64,000 nt of DNA from Cenarchaeum sp. (lineage in GTDB: Archaea > Thermoproteota > Nitrososphaeria > Nitrososphaerales > Nitrosopumilaceae): the NCBI GenBank assembly GCA_963693095.2, contig OY843768.1, forward strand, positions 288,001 through 352,000. The letters run 5' to 3'. The notes beneath the pieces are model-generated. The model worked only from the letters and a program-made list of their open reading frames with translations, was not told the DNA's origin and searched no databases. Within the stretch, counting starts at the first letter, position 1, and every line of letters begins with the position of its first letter. Shown piece after piece: positions 36,637 to 46,517 of this stretch. A program made the position numbers and the translations under genes.

Positions 36637-39346
36637 GCCGCGCTTTGCCGCGGCGTTTCGCTCCCTGGGCTTTGAGCGCCTGACGCCAATACAGGCAAAG
36701 GCGATCCCGACAATTGCGCAAAAGCGCGACACGCTCGTCATTGCGCCGACGGGCTCAGGCAAGACAGAGTGCTCGGTCATACCGGTCTTTGCCGGCGTGT
36801 CGCGCACGAAAAAAAGGGGCCGCACAAAGGTCCTCTATGTGACGCCGCTGCGCGCGCTAAACAAGGACGTCTTTAGGAGGATAGGGCGCTATGCAGAGGC
36901 CGCGCAACTGTCGATGGCCATACGCCATGGCGACACGCCCCAGTCAGCGCGCCGCAAGATTACGGCAAACCCGCCTGACGTGCTTATCACGACGCCCGAG
37001 ACGCTCGTGGTCCTCCTCTCACAGGAGCGCATCCTCGAGGCCCTCTCGGAGCTAGAGTGGATCATCATAGACGAGGTCCACGAGCTGCTGCCAAGTGAGC
37101 GTGGCGCGCAGCTCGCAATGAGCATGGAGCGCCTGGCCCTCAACTCCTCGCGCGAGCTCACGCGCGTGGGCCTCTCGGCGACCGTTGGCAACACCGGCGA
37201 GGCCGCAAAGCTCGTCTCGGGGACCTCGCGCAGGTGCAGGATTGTGCGCGACCGCTCGATTCGCCGCTATGACGTTGACGTGATGCTCGTCGAGGGCGGC
37301 CTACCTAGCGTCGCCGACGAGATAGTGCGCGTTGCCGGCCCCACTGCGCGCTCCTCGCCGGTCCTCCTCTTTACCAACACGCGCGGCGAGGCCGAGCTAC
37401 TTGCCGCACTCCTGCGCGAGAGGGCCGCCGGAATCGCCATCGACTTGCATCACGGTTCGCTCTCGCGCGCCGTGCGCGAGGAGAGCGAGGGTGCGCTGCG
37501 CGAGGGGCGCGGGGGCATCGTCGTGTGCACGTCGTCCCTCGAGCTGGGCCTTGACATTGGTTCAGTTGATCTCGTGGTCCACTATGGCTCACCGCGGCAG
37601 GTCTCGCGACTCGTCCAGAGGATCGGGCGCAGCAGGCATGCCGGCTCGCAGTCTGCAAGGGGAATAATCATCGCGCCGGGGCCAGATGACTATATGGAGG
37701 CGCGCGCCATACTCGACAGGGCGCGCGAGGGCTCGATCGAGGACCAGTCGGTCCACCATGGAGCCCTTGACGTGCTCGCGCACCACCTAGTCGGCATGAC
37801 GCTGCAGCTCGGCACGGTCAGCGTCGGCCTCGCCCTTGACACGGCCCGTCGCGCGTACCCCTTTCGCGGCCTCACGCACGATGACCTCCTTCGCACGCTT
37901 GGGATGCTAGAGTCGGCCTCGCTCATCTCGCTTGACCGCAAGTCAATGTCGTTCCGGCGCCTCGCGCGCACCCTGCGCTACCACTATGAGAACCTCTCGA
38001 CCATTCCGGACGTGCTAAAGTTTCGCGTTATCGACACTGCGACAAACTCGTTTGTCGGCACGCTTGACCAGAGGTTTGTCGGGGACCATGGCGAGCGCGG
38101 CAACATCTTTGTCCTTCGTGGCCTGCACTGGAGAATACTCAACGTTGATGAAAAGGACCTGCGCGTCAACGTCGAGCCAAACCGCTCAGGCGGCATGACT
38201 GCGCCATACTGGGAGGGCGAGAACATTCCTGTTGACTCTGAGACTGCGCGCCGCGCCGGCGCGTTTCGCGCGCGCACCTCAGGTGCCGCCGGCAGGGCTG
38301 CATCGCGCGCCATGGCGCGCGCACCGCCTGGTGCTGCCTCTGCCTCCACAATCGTCGCCGAGTCGTGCCGAGCTGACGGCGTCGTCGTCGTCCACGCGTG
38401 CCTGGGCACGCGAATAAACGCGACGCTCGCCACGCTCCTCTCCTCGATGCTCTCCTCCATCATTGGCCGGACAGTCGAGTCGCGCTCTGATGCGTACCGG
38501 ATTGCGCTCTCCTCGCAGGCGCGAATCACCGAGGCGATGCTGCGCGATGCGCTCTGCGGCGACTATGGCGATATAGGGCCACTCGTGCAGGCCTCGCTTG
38601 CCGGCACGCACAACGTCAACTGGCGCACGTGGTGCGTCGCAAAGAGGTTTGGCATAGTCGAGCGCGGTGCGGTGTATGACCGGCGTGATGCGCGAATAAT
38701 ATACGAGCGCAACCTCTCTACACCGCTGGCGCGCGAGGCCGTGCGCGAGCTCTACCATGACAAGTACGACCTGGCCGGCACGGCCGGTGTCCTGGCCAGC
38801 ATACATGACGGCGCAACGGGCCTCGTGTGGGCCGACGTGCAGGCGTTCTCGGCGCTCGCCGAGCCGATACTCGGGCGCGCCGCATACCGCGCATCGCCCT
38901 CAAGCGTGGATCGCGGCATACTCGACATGGTTCGCGACCGCCTCCTTGGCACGACCAACCGCCTCGTGTGCGCGCGCTGCGGCATGTGGGACAGGCTCGT
39001 CGTGACATCAGAGATGAAGGCCGGCGTGTCATGCCCGCTATGCCACGCGCGCCAGGTCGCCGTCGCACACAGGGCCGATGAGGACATTGCGCGGATTATC
39101 CAGAAAAAGAGGGCGGGCCGGCCCGTCGGCGATGACGGCGAGCGCCTGTATCGCAGGGCGTGGAAGACAGCCTCGCTAGTCGAGACGTTTGGGCAGGCGG
39201 CCCTCATTGCGCTCTCCGGATATGGCGTTGGGGCCGACACGGCTGCGCGCATACTGCGCGACATGGTCGGCGAGGACGGCATCTATAGGCAGGTCTATGA
39301 GGCCGAGAGGCAGTATGTCATGACGCGCGGGTTCTGGGACGACTAG
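36593..39346 (+). CDS. lhr: Lhr-family ATP-dependent helicase with C-terminal zinc finger
   Basis: APTGSGKT, PLRALN, ITTPE, DEVH, LSAT, HHGSLS, SSLELGLDIG, QRIGRS, C-terminal CARC/CPLC. Confidence 0.93.
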   Translation: MRGSGQRGHGRVQTEPRFAAAFRSLGFERLTPIQAKAIPTIAQKRDTLVIAPTGSGKTECSVIPVFAGVSRTKKRGRTKVLYVTPLRALNKDVFRRIGRYAEAAQLSMAIRHGDTPQSARRKITANPPDVLITTPETLVVLLSQERILEALSELEWIIIDEVHELLPSERGAQLAMSMERLALNSSRELTRVGLSATVGNTGEAAKLVSGTSRRCRIVRDRSIRRYDVDVMLVEGGLPSVADEIVRVAGPTARSSPVLLFTNTRGEAELLAALLRERAAGIAIDLHHGSLSRAVREESEGALREGRGGIVVCTSSLELGLDIGSVDLVVHYGSPRQVSRLVQRIGRSRHAGSQSARGIIIAPGPDDYMEARAILDRAREGSIEDQSVHHGALDVLAHHLVGMTLQLGTVSVGLALDTARRAYPFRGLTHDDLLRTLGMLESASLISLDRKSMSFRRLARTLRYHYENLSTIPDVLKFRVIDTATNSFVGTLDQRFVGDHGERGNIFVLRGLHWRILNVDEKDLRVNVEPNRSGGMTAPYWEGENIPVDSETARRAGAFRARTSGAAGRAASRAMARAPPGAASASTIVAESCRADGVVVVHACLGTRINATLATLLSSMLSSIIGRTVESRSDAYRIALSSQARITEAMLRDALCGDYGDIGPLVQASLAGTHNVNWRTWCVAKRFGIVERGAVYDRRDARIIYERNLSTPLAREAVRELYHDKYDLAGTAGVLASIHDGATGLVWADVQAFSALAEPILGRAAYRASPSSVDRGILDMVRDRLLGTTNRLVCARCGMWDRLVVTSEMKAGVSCPLCHARQVAVAHRADEDIARIIQKKRAGRPVGDDGERLYRRAWKTASLVETFGQAALIALSGYGVGADTAARILRDMVGEDGIYRQVYEAERQYVMTRGFWDD

Positions 39347-40749
39347 GGCGTCGTGAGGGACATTGACGAGTACGGCGTGAGCATTAGGTCGATCCTGCCC
39401 TCCATGCCGGATCGCGCATTGAGGCCGGTGATCTCGTATATCTCGCCGGGCTTGCACTTTGAGACGACGTCGGCCTGGTCACGCCACCCCTTGACCCACG
39501 CCTGGCCCGTCTTGTCCTCGACGTATATCTCGGCTAGCGCGACGGCATCGCCGCTGCGCGTCTGGATCTCGCGGCGCTCGTTGACCTTTAGGACTATGGC
39601 CTTTATGACGTACGTGCCGCCGGACTTTGCCTCCTTTATCTCGGTCCGGATCTCCTCAAGCGTTGGGACCTTTGCGTCCTCATCGCCCATGCGGCGCACA
39701 AACGAGCTAGAGTCTAGCGTTACCGAGCTGCCAAACGCAGTGGTCGGCATGAGCTCGACAATGTCGCCGGCTGCGAACTCGCCTGTCTTGTTTGCCGCAT
39801 CTGATATGAACACAATGTTCTTGGCGGCGTCTGCGCCGAGGACCATCGAGCCTGCCGTCCCCTCTGACCTTGACAGTATGCGCACAATGACGGCCTGCAC
39901 GTCATCTGTCCCGTCCATCTCTACGATCGTCGCGTCATTGCCGTGCACCTCTAGGCCCTGGTTTCCAGGCTTTGCGTCAACGCCGACTAGCCTTACCTTT
40001 GCGTTGACGGGTATCGACTTTGGCACGTCGGCCTTTCCCTTTCCCCAGAGAACCGCGCGCAGCGCGCTGCCGGACTTGCCCCTGATGCTCACCTGCATGA
40101 CCTTGCCCGGCCTGCCGTCGCTCTTTCGCGTAAACTCCCTAAACCCTATCTGCCCGTCGAGTGCGCCCCTGACGACCATGTTGCGGCCCTCCTCGGTAAC
40201 CTCGCCGGCGTCGATCTCTAGGGACTCTATTCCCCTAATGTCGCTGTCCTGGTCCTCGTCGCGCTCTAGCGTGCCGCCAGAGCCTATGTTCAGTGCCGGC
40301 GTCCCGTCGCGATCCTCCTTTACGTACGCCTTTATGATCTTGACCATGTCGCCGGACTTTATCTCCTCGATGCCCGGCAGGACCGCCTTGTCGTTCCATA
40401 GCTTTACGTTCACCCTCTCGTTGCCGTCATACACGGTCATCGTGCGTATCGATCCCTGCGAGCCGTCCTTTCCGGTGAACTGCCTGACCGGCGAGATGTT
40501 CATGACGCGCGACCTGACGGAGAGCTCCTTTGCGCCGGCCCTGATGCCCCCGAGGTCAGCTGTCGCCTCGGCACCGGCCTCAAACGTGACGCCGAGGTCA
40601 GATGCTACTAGGTGGATAGCGCCCCTCTCGGTGAGAAACCCAGCTCCGACCCTCTTCATCTTTTCTGCAATCATCTCGTCTAGCGCGGCCCGCGTGATCT
40701 CGGGGCGCGACTCTAGGACCGAATTGACAGCATCCTCGTATTCGCCCAT
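39343..40749 (-). CDS. replication protein A / multi-OB-fold ssDNA-binding protein
   Basis: GFLTERGAIHLVA N-terminus followed by repeated OB folds (F..KDG..G...LW). Confidence 0.85.
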   Translation of the reverse strand: MGEYEDAVNSVLESRPEITRAALDEMIAEKMKRVGAGFLTERGAIHLVASDLGVTFEAGAEATADLGGIRAGAKELSVRSRVMNISPVRQFTGKDGSQGSIRTMTVYDGNERVNVKLWNDKAVLPGIEEIKSGDMVKIIKAYVKEDRDGTPALNIGSGGTLERDEDQDSDIRGIESLEIDAGEVTEEGRNMVVRGALDGQIGFREFTRKSDGRPGKVMQVSIRGKSGSALRAVLWGKGKADVPKSIPVNAKVRLVGVDAKPGNQGLEVHGNDATIVEMDGTDDVQAVIVRILSRSEGTAGSMVLGADAAKNIVFISDAANKTGEFAAGDIVELMPTTAFGSSVTLDSSSFVRRMGDEDAKVPTLEEIRTEIKEAKSGGTYVIKAIVLKVNERREIQTRSGDAVALAEIYVEDKTGQAWVKGWRDQADVVSKCKPGEIYEITGLNARSGMEGRIDLMLTPYSSMSLTTP

Positions 40750-40967
40750 GCAGGGGGCACTCGATCCGCCTTGCAATATTAACCGATCCCGGCGTGCGTG
40801 GGCCAGTGGCGGGATCTCCTACCGACGCCTGTGCGGCATCACCGTGCGGCTTTGCCCGCGGGCACGCATGGCTGCGATCAGGTCGTGGGCTGCAGGACGC
40901 CTGTGGGCGCCCTGCCCACGCCTGATTATCAAGTTACGGTTATATTCCGCGCCGATGGCGGCTTGCC

Positions 40968-41282
40968 ATGGTTGACGCGACCATGATCGTAGGAACTGCC
41001 ACAGTGGCGATCACGATGATCGGCGTACTTTCGTACATTGCGTTTGAGTGGCGCAAGAGCTCACGTTATTCTGAGGCGAAGCGCCAGGCCGAGCGGGAGG
41101 CAGGCCGCAAGGAGCTCTTGAGCGTTATAGCGGAAGACCGCAAGGAGAGACGGGCGAGGGATTTAATCGTGGACGCCAAGTTCGCAGATGTCTGCGATCG
41201 CCTTACTAGACTCGAGACAAGGTTTGATGATCACTTTGGTGTGACGACTAGCACTGAGGGTCACCCTGGAGCCAGGACATAG
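40968..41282 (+). CDS. small membrane-anchored coiled-coil protein
   Basis: N-terminal TM helix followed by charged helix EAKRQAEREAGRKEL. Confidence 0.55.
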   Translation: MVDATMIVGTATVAITMIGVLSYIAFEWRKSSRYSEAKRQAEREAGRKELLSVIAEDRKERRARDLIVDAKFADVCDRLTRLETRFDDHFGVTTSTEGHPGART

Positions 41283-41582
41283 GTGCAGCTTGTCGGTATG
41301 GCGTTTCACTACCTTGGCATGCAGGTTGCGGACATATTCCGTATCGTGAGGCTGGATGCGAGCGACGAGTTTGTGACGATGATAATGTACGTGCTGTTAT
41401 TTGCAGTGTTCGCCGCATCGGTGTTTCTTGCGGCCTCTTTCCGTTATTTCCGCATTGCCGATGAGCGGGATGCAAAGCGCTGGGCCGAGCGGGATGCAAA
41501 GCGCCTGGCTGAGCGAGAGGCAGACCGCAGGGATCTCTCAAACACTGACGTAAGACCGCCAGGAACGCCAGAAGAGGTATAG
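41283..41582 (+). CDS. small membrane protein with 8-aa charged repeats
   Basis: TM helix then ERDAKRWA-ERDAKRLA-EREADRRD (24-bp repeat); start uncertain. Confidence 0.5.
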   Translation: MQLVGMAFHYLGMQVADIFRIVRLDASDEFVTMIMYVLLFAVFAASVFLAASFRYFRIADERDAKRWAERDAKRLAEREADRRDLSNTDVRPPGTPEEV

Positions 41583-41684
41583 TGTTTTATGATGATTGCA
41601 AGATGGTTACGTACACGTCAATACTGTGGTGACTATGGTATGTGTATTTTGAGCAACCCTGACTCGCGACGCAATTGCGTTAAT

Positions 41685-44643
41685 GTGGCATCTCGACTTG
41701 CACGCACCGTTGCACTATTGTCGATTGTGGTGTGTGCACTATCTTCCTTGGGGGGGGGGAGAGATGGACACATTTCCCAAAGCTCACGCAATAAACGCAG
41801 ACCGTGGTGATTTCATTCTTGAAGTGGAGCCCAGTCTGTCAGACCCTGACATTGCGCAATTTGTAAAGGAACTTGACTATTTTGAACTCCAGGTGGAGTT
41901 TCTTAACGACACGTTTGTCCTCCCATATGACCTCACAGTCAAGATTCTTGACTGTGGCGTAAGTAATGCTTTTTACGATCCGACAAACCATGAAGTGCAC
42001 ATGTGTTATGAGATTGTTCGCGACTTTATGCGCACTGCCTATGATCTTTACTACTATGACGATGATGCGGCACATGCTCACATACTTGACACAATTGATT
42101 TTGTGTTTTACCATGAGGTGGGCCACGCGCTGATTGACGCATACAACATACCTATTCTTGGGCGAGAAGAGAACACGGCTGACTCTTTTGCCGCATATGT
42201 TATCCTTGAATACACTGATAGTGATGGCCAATATATTGTGCTTGGTGCGGCCAAACAATTTCGGGCATGGGAAGAGGAACAGTCACACGACTATTCCGCA
42301 ATTCACAACCTACACATCCAGAGATTTTATGATCTTGCGTGCTATATGTACGGAAAGGATCCCGAAACAAGTGTCGCGTTGAGCACCGCATATTTGCTTC
42401 CTAGTGAAAGAAGAGACTACTGCCAATACGACTACGAGAAGCTCGTCAGGGATTGGGACGGCCTGCTGTACGCGTGGTCACACCAGTCTGAGGGCCCGCC
42501 AGTCTTGTCACTCGAGCTTGATCAGGCAGTCTATACCTGGTCTGACAGGGTCTACATCACGCTAATCGCACCTGACTACAATGTGGATTCCCGGTGGATT
42601 GAGCAGATTGGCGGGACGTCGCAGTTACACTCGATCAACATATCCACTGCAGAGGGCGGACTCCTGCAGGGTGTCGCCCTCACAGAAACCGGTACGGATA
42701 CTGGCATATTTTATGGGGAGATTACGCTCACGGGCTTTGCCCATGATGCTGACGGTGATCCGTCTACGGGCGACTCGGCCGGAAATGACATGCTTGGCCG
42801 GACGGTATCAGACACGCGCTCATCGGAGGGACAAATAGCGGCTGGTCGCAATGATAACATTACCGTCACGCTTGACTCCGTCTCTGGTGATGGCGCCACC
42901 GCAAGCGCACTGATAAGGTGGAATGTTGGTGACGTTGTGTGGGTTGCTGACACCTATGAGGCACTTGAGCGCGGGACGGTCAGGGTTGTTGATCCTGACA
43001 TGAACCTTGACCCCGGCAGGGCTGATGCCTTTGACGTGCACGTGCACTCTGACACTGATCCCGATGGGGCGACCCTAACCGTCACAGAAACGCATGACGC
43101 ATCGGGAATATTTGAGGCACGCGTAATGTTTGTGCTAACCGGCGAGTCCTCCGGCGACCAACTGCTGGTCGGCGGCGGGGATACCGTGACGGCCAGGTAT
43201 GTCGATCACACGCTCCCAGACCCGTTCACGACTGGTGATGACCTGCATGTCGAGAACACGGCACTAATTGACCGCGTTCCCGGCTATGTGACTACGACTA
43301 CGCCGCCAGAGCTGGCCGAACCTGATGTCCAGGAGCGGCCTGACCCACCGGCCGCCGATGCCCCGGTCGTCCACTCTGTGGCCTCAAATGCGGCATTCTA
43401 TGACCTGGATGACACAATCACGTTTAGCGGAACCACGCGTGGGACTGATGTTAGCCAAATAATCACTGTGGCCGTGCGGCATCCAGGGGGCAGCTCTGAG
43501 CTCCATGACGGAATATCCAACCCAGACGGCACGTTCGTCCTGTCCCCGCTGGTAGTGGGTGACACATTTGATGGCGTGGGCGTGTACACGATAATGGCGT
43601 TCACTAGTGGCCAGGATCTTGGCACGGCGGCAACAATGCAGATGGAGCATGACGGAAGCCGCATCAGTGTCACGCGCGGCAGTGTGGCGCCTACTGTATC
43701 GTCGGGTGGCAGTGTGCCAGACACACAGACTGCCGAGCCTGCGCCCGGAGAGACCCTAACTGGCCCGCATCCGGACTTTGCGCAATACATGTCACAGGGT
43801 GACAGTCCGGCAACATATGTTGACAGGTATGCATCAGATCCAGTGTACGCGGCATGGTTTGACGAAAACTTTTCGTCCATAACGGTGTGGCAGGCAGTTG
43901 GCTTGGTGTCACGCGACGGCCCGCATCCGGACTTTGCGCCACACATGTCGCAAGGTGACGATCCCGCCACATATGTTGCCAGGTACGCAGGCGACCCGTC
44001 ATACGCTGCATGGTTTGACGCAAGCTTTCCAGACATTACCATACGGCAGGCAGTTGGCCTTGTCGACGAGGACACTGGCGTGCCGGATCCGCCTCCGGCA
44101 CCACCCCCGGTACCGCAGGATTTGCCCGAGCCCGAGAGTGCCACCGTGGAGCCTGAGCCGGACACCGCAGCCCCTGTCACTCTCGAGTGCGGAACAGGAA
44201 CGGTGCTAAGTGATGGCAAGTGCGTGCCGGCTGCGCCACGCGCGTCAGGCGGCTGCCTCATCGCCACTGCCGCACACGGAACCGAGATGGCCGAGTCTGT
44301 GCAGTCACTTCGCGAGGTGCGTGATTCTGTGCTCCTCACCACTGCATCGGGCACGGCGTTCATGTCCGCATTCAACGGCGTCTACTATGCGTTCTCGCCG
44401 ACGGTTGCCGACTGGGAGACGCAGAGCCCCGAGCTGCGCCAGGCCGTGCGCGCGCTCATCGCTCCAATGGTCGCCTCGATGTCGCTAATGTCCGCAGTCG
44501 GGGCAGGCTCGGAGGCCGGCGTGATTGCAGTGGGCACGTTCGTCATCGCGCTAAACGCCATAATGTACGTCGGCGCTCCGGTGGCGCTCGCCGTTGCCCT
44601 GCGAAAGCTGTCCAGGATGCGCCGCTCCGGCCTGCTCGGTTAA
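41685..44643 (+). CDS. surface protein: DUF4344-like zinc metallopeptidase + S-layer-like domain + repeats + CFI-box-CTERM anchor; frameshifted at G10 tract
   Basis: YHEVGHALI..LGREENTAD; LDQAVYTWSDRVYITL..ETGTDTGIF..IRWNVG..DPDMNLDP; GGCLIATAAHG..LREVRD..YYAFSP; signal peptide in a different frame upstream of the G tract. Confidence 0.8.
41750..41759 (+). repeat. poly-G (G10) tract within the signal-peptide coding region
   Basis: CCTT-G10-AGAGATG. Confidence 0.95.
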
Positions 44644-44659
44644 TATCGGGGAGATCCGC

Positions 44660-44834
44660 GCCGCTCGTGCGCCCTAGAGCAATGGCGCGCAGACGGATCG
44701 CCGTGACATGGCCGTCTTGGCCCGAGTGAGCCGCGATTCACCCAGGCGCGCCACAGAGGGTGCCCCGGTTAAGGAACCGGCCTAGGCAATTGGCTTGCCC
44801 GTGAGGCCGCGTCAGTCAGAGCCGGGGAACACTC
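44660..44834 (+). ncRNA. putative multi-hairpin box H/ACA guide RNA
   Basis: GC-rich hairpins ending in ACA at 44706, 44753 and 44829; GA-containing K-turn/K-loop-like tips; TTAATAT box just upstream. Confidence 0.55.
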
Positions 44835-44896
44835 TACGTCTCTGCGCCTGCGTGGCGCCGATTCGTTGATATAGCGGCGTGTCCCCACGCGGCGGC

Positions 44897-45136
44897 ATGG
44901 CGACAGCATACGTGCTCATCAACTGCGAGCTGGGCTCAGAAGAGGCCATCATACAGCAGCTAAAGGGCATAGAGGGCGTTCGCGAGGTTCACGGAACCTT
45001 TGGCGCCTATGACATCCTGGCAAAGATCGAGTCAGACACGGTCGTAAAGCTCCGCGAGACGATAACGTGGAAGATACGCAAGATCGAAAAGATTCGCTCG
45101 ACGCTCACGCTGATGGGCATCGAGGGTCAGAGCTAG
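44897..45136 (+). CDS. Lrp/AsnC ligand-binding (RAM) domain protein
   Basis: AYVLINCELGSE, GTFGAYDILAKIE, KIRKIEKIRSTLTL. Confidence 0.9.
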   Translation: MATAYVLINCELGSEEAIIQQLKGIEGVREVHGTFGAYDILAKIESDTVVKLRETITWKIRKIEKIRSTLTLMGIEGQS

Positions 45137-45173
45137 TCAGGCCTGAGGGCCGGCACCGGCGTGGACCAGGGGC

Positions 45174-45737
45174 TTGATTCTCCAATTTGTATTCATGGCG
45201 CACGGCGACGAGCTCGAGTCGCGCGCCGGCGAGCTCGAGTACGCGCGGCGCATGGCGCAGTTCTTCAAGTCGTGGATTGGGAATAACTTTGGGCGCGAGC
45301 TGGACGTTCGCTTTGACGCAATGACAGTCTCGCGCACCGGCCTGCTCGCGCGGCCCGGCGTGCACACCTTGTTGCAGGACCACAAGACGCGCGACGAGTC
45401 GACATGGCACTTTTACCTCGCAAACTTTAGGCCGTTCTGGACCGACTCGATGGCCGAAGGGTACCACTCGGAGAACATGTGCATGTCGATGTGGCGCAGG
45501 CCGCGCGGTGATGGCGAACACGTGGGGTATTTGGCAGAAAAGAACTGCACCGAGGTCTCATACGAGCTCGCACACGAGCTCCTGCGGCAGGCCGGACGGA
45601 GGGACTCCGTTGACGCGGTCAATGCGGCGTGGTCGAGGCACTTTTCTGGCGAGCTCCCCTTTGTTGCGTATGGCGCCGACCATGAAAGGACTGATGGCCC
45701 GCCAGAGTTCCTGACACTCGACGCGTCGCTTCTCTAG
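45174..45737 (+). CDS. hypothetical protein
   Basis: 187-aa ORF (WHFYLANFRPFWTD, YELAHELL) with host-like codon use. Confidence 0.7.
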   Translation: MILQFVFMAHGDELESRAGELEYARRMAQFFKSWIGNNFGRELDVRFDAMTVSRTGLLARPGVHTLLQDHKTRDESTWHFYLANFRPFWTDSMAEGYHSENMCMSMWRRPRGDGEHVGYLAEKNCTEVSYELAHELLRQAGRRDSVDAVNAAWSRHFSGELPFVAYGADHERTDGPPEFLTLDASLL

Positions 45738-46366
45738 CACGACACAGTCGAGAATATGTTGTTCTCAAAGTTTGCCGCGCGAAACGCGATCGCGCCGTCT
45801 AGGCTCTTGCCCTTTATCTTTGATATTCGCGCAATTTCAGTCATTGCCTCCTCCCTGAACCCAACTGACGAGCAGTATGTCGCCTCCCCAAGCTGCGTTC
45901 CCTGGTCCCCGCGCTTTATGTCGTATGCGACCTCGTGCATTCGCGCCATGTCAGCCCTGCTGACGGGCCTGCCCGTTGCCTTGTTGAACGCAATTGCGAT
46001 ATAGACCCCGTTGCTCTTTACGGCGATTGGGATCTTGTGGTTCTTGCCGGACATGCCCTGTATCACCTCGTTTATGATGACCTCGCACCTGTGGTGCGTG
46101 CTAGAGACATACGCGTAAAACCTGTACGTCGCGTACCGGCCCGCGACGTCAAACTCGCCGTTGACAAACGTTCGGTACAGCGTCTCGAGGGCCTCCTTGT
46201 TTAGGCTCTGGAGCCTCTCGTCGACCCTGCCCCTCTCCTGGAGCGTCGACTTGCACTGCTTGGCGACTAGCCTGAGTATGAGGTCCGGGACGTTGTACTT
46301 GCGCAGGGCCGTGATATGCGCGCTCTCCTGCGTGACGCCAAACTTTGGAAATCCCGTGTTTACCAT
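45734..46366 (-). CDS. hypothetical protein, possibly restriction-endonuclease-like fold
   Basis: IQGMSGKNHKIPIAV segment; host-like codon use. Confidence 0.65.
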   Translation of the reverse strand: MVNTGFPKFGVTQESAHITALRKYNVPDLILRLVAKQCKSTLQERGRVDERLQSLNKEALETLYRTFVNGEFDVAGRYATYRFYAYVSSTHHRCEVIINEVIQGMSGKNHKIPIAVKSNGVYIAIAFNKATGRPVSRADMARMHEVAYDIKRGDQGTQLGEATYCSSVGFREEAMTEIARISKIKGKSLDGAIAFRAANFENNIFSTVSC

Positions 46367-46517
46367 GTGTGTGTGACCCCGTGGTCGGTGGGCCGAGTGT
46401 GTGCTGCCATCCGCATATGCGCCGCGACGGGGCGCAATTGCGCTTATAATTGTTGGCTGCGGGACCGGCATGCGACCATACAAGCGTTAAATTCGGGTTC
46501 GCAGGCGCACGCTGACA

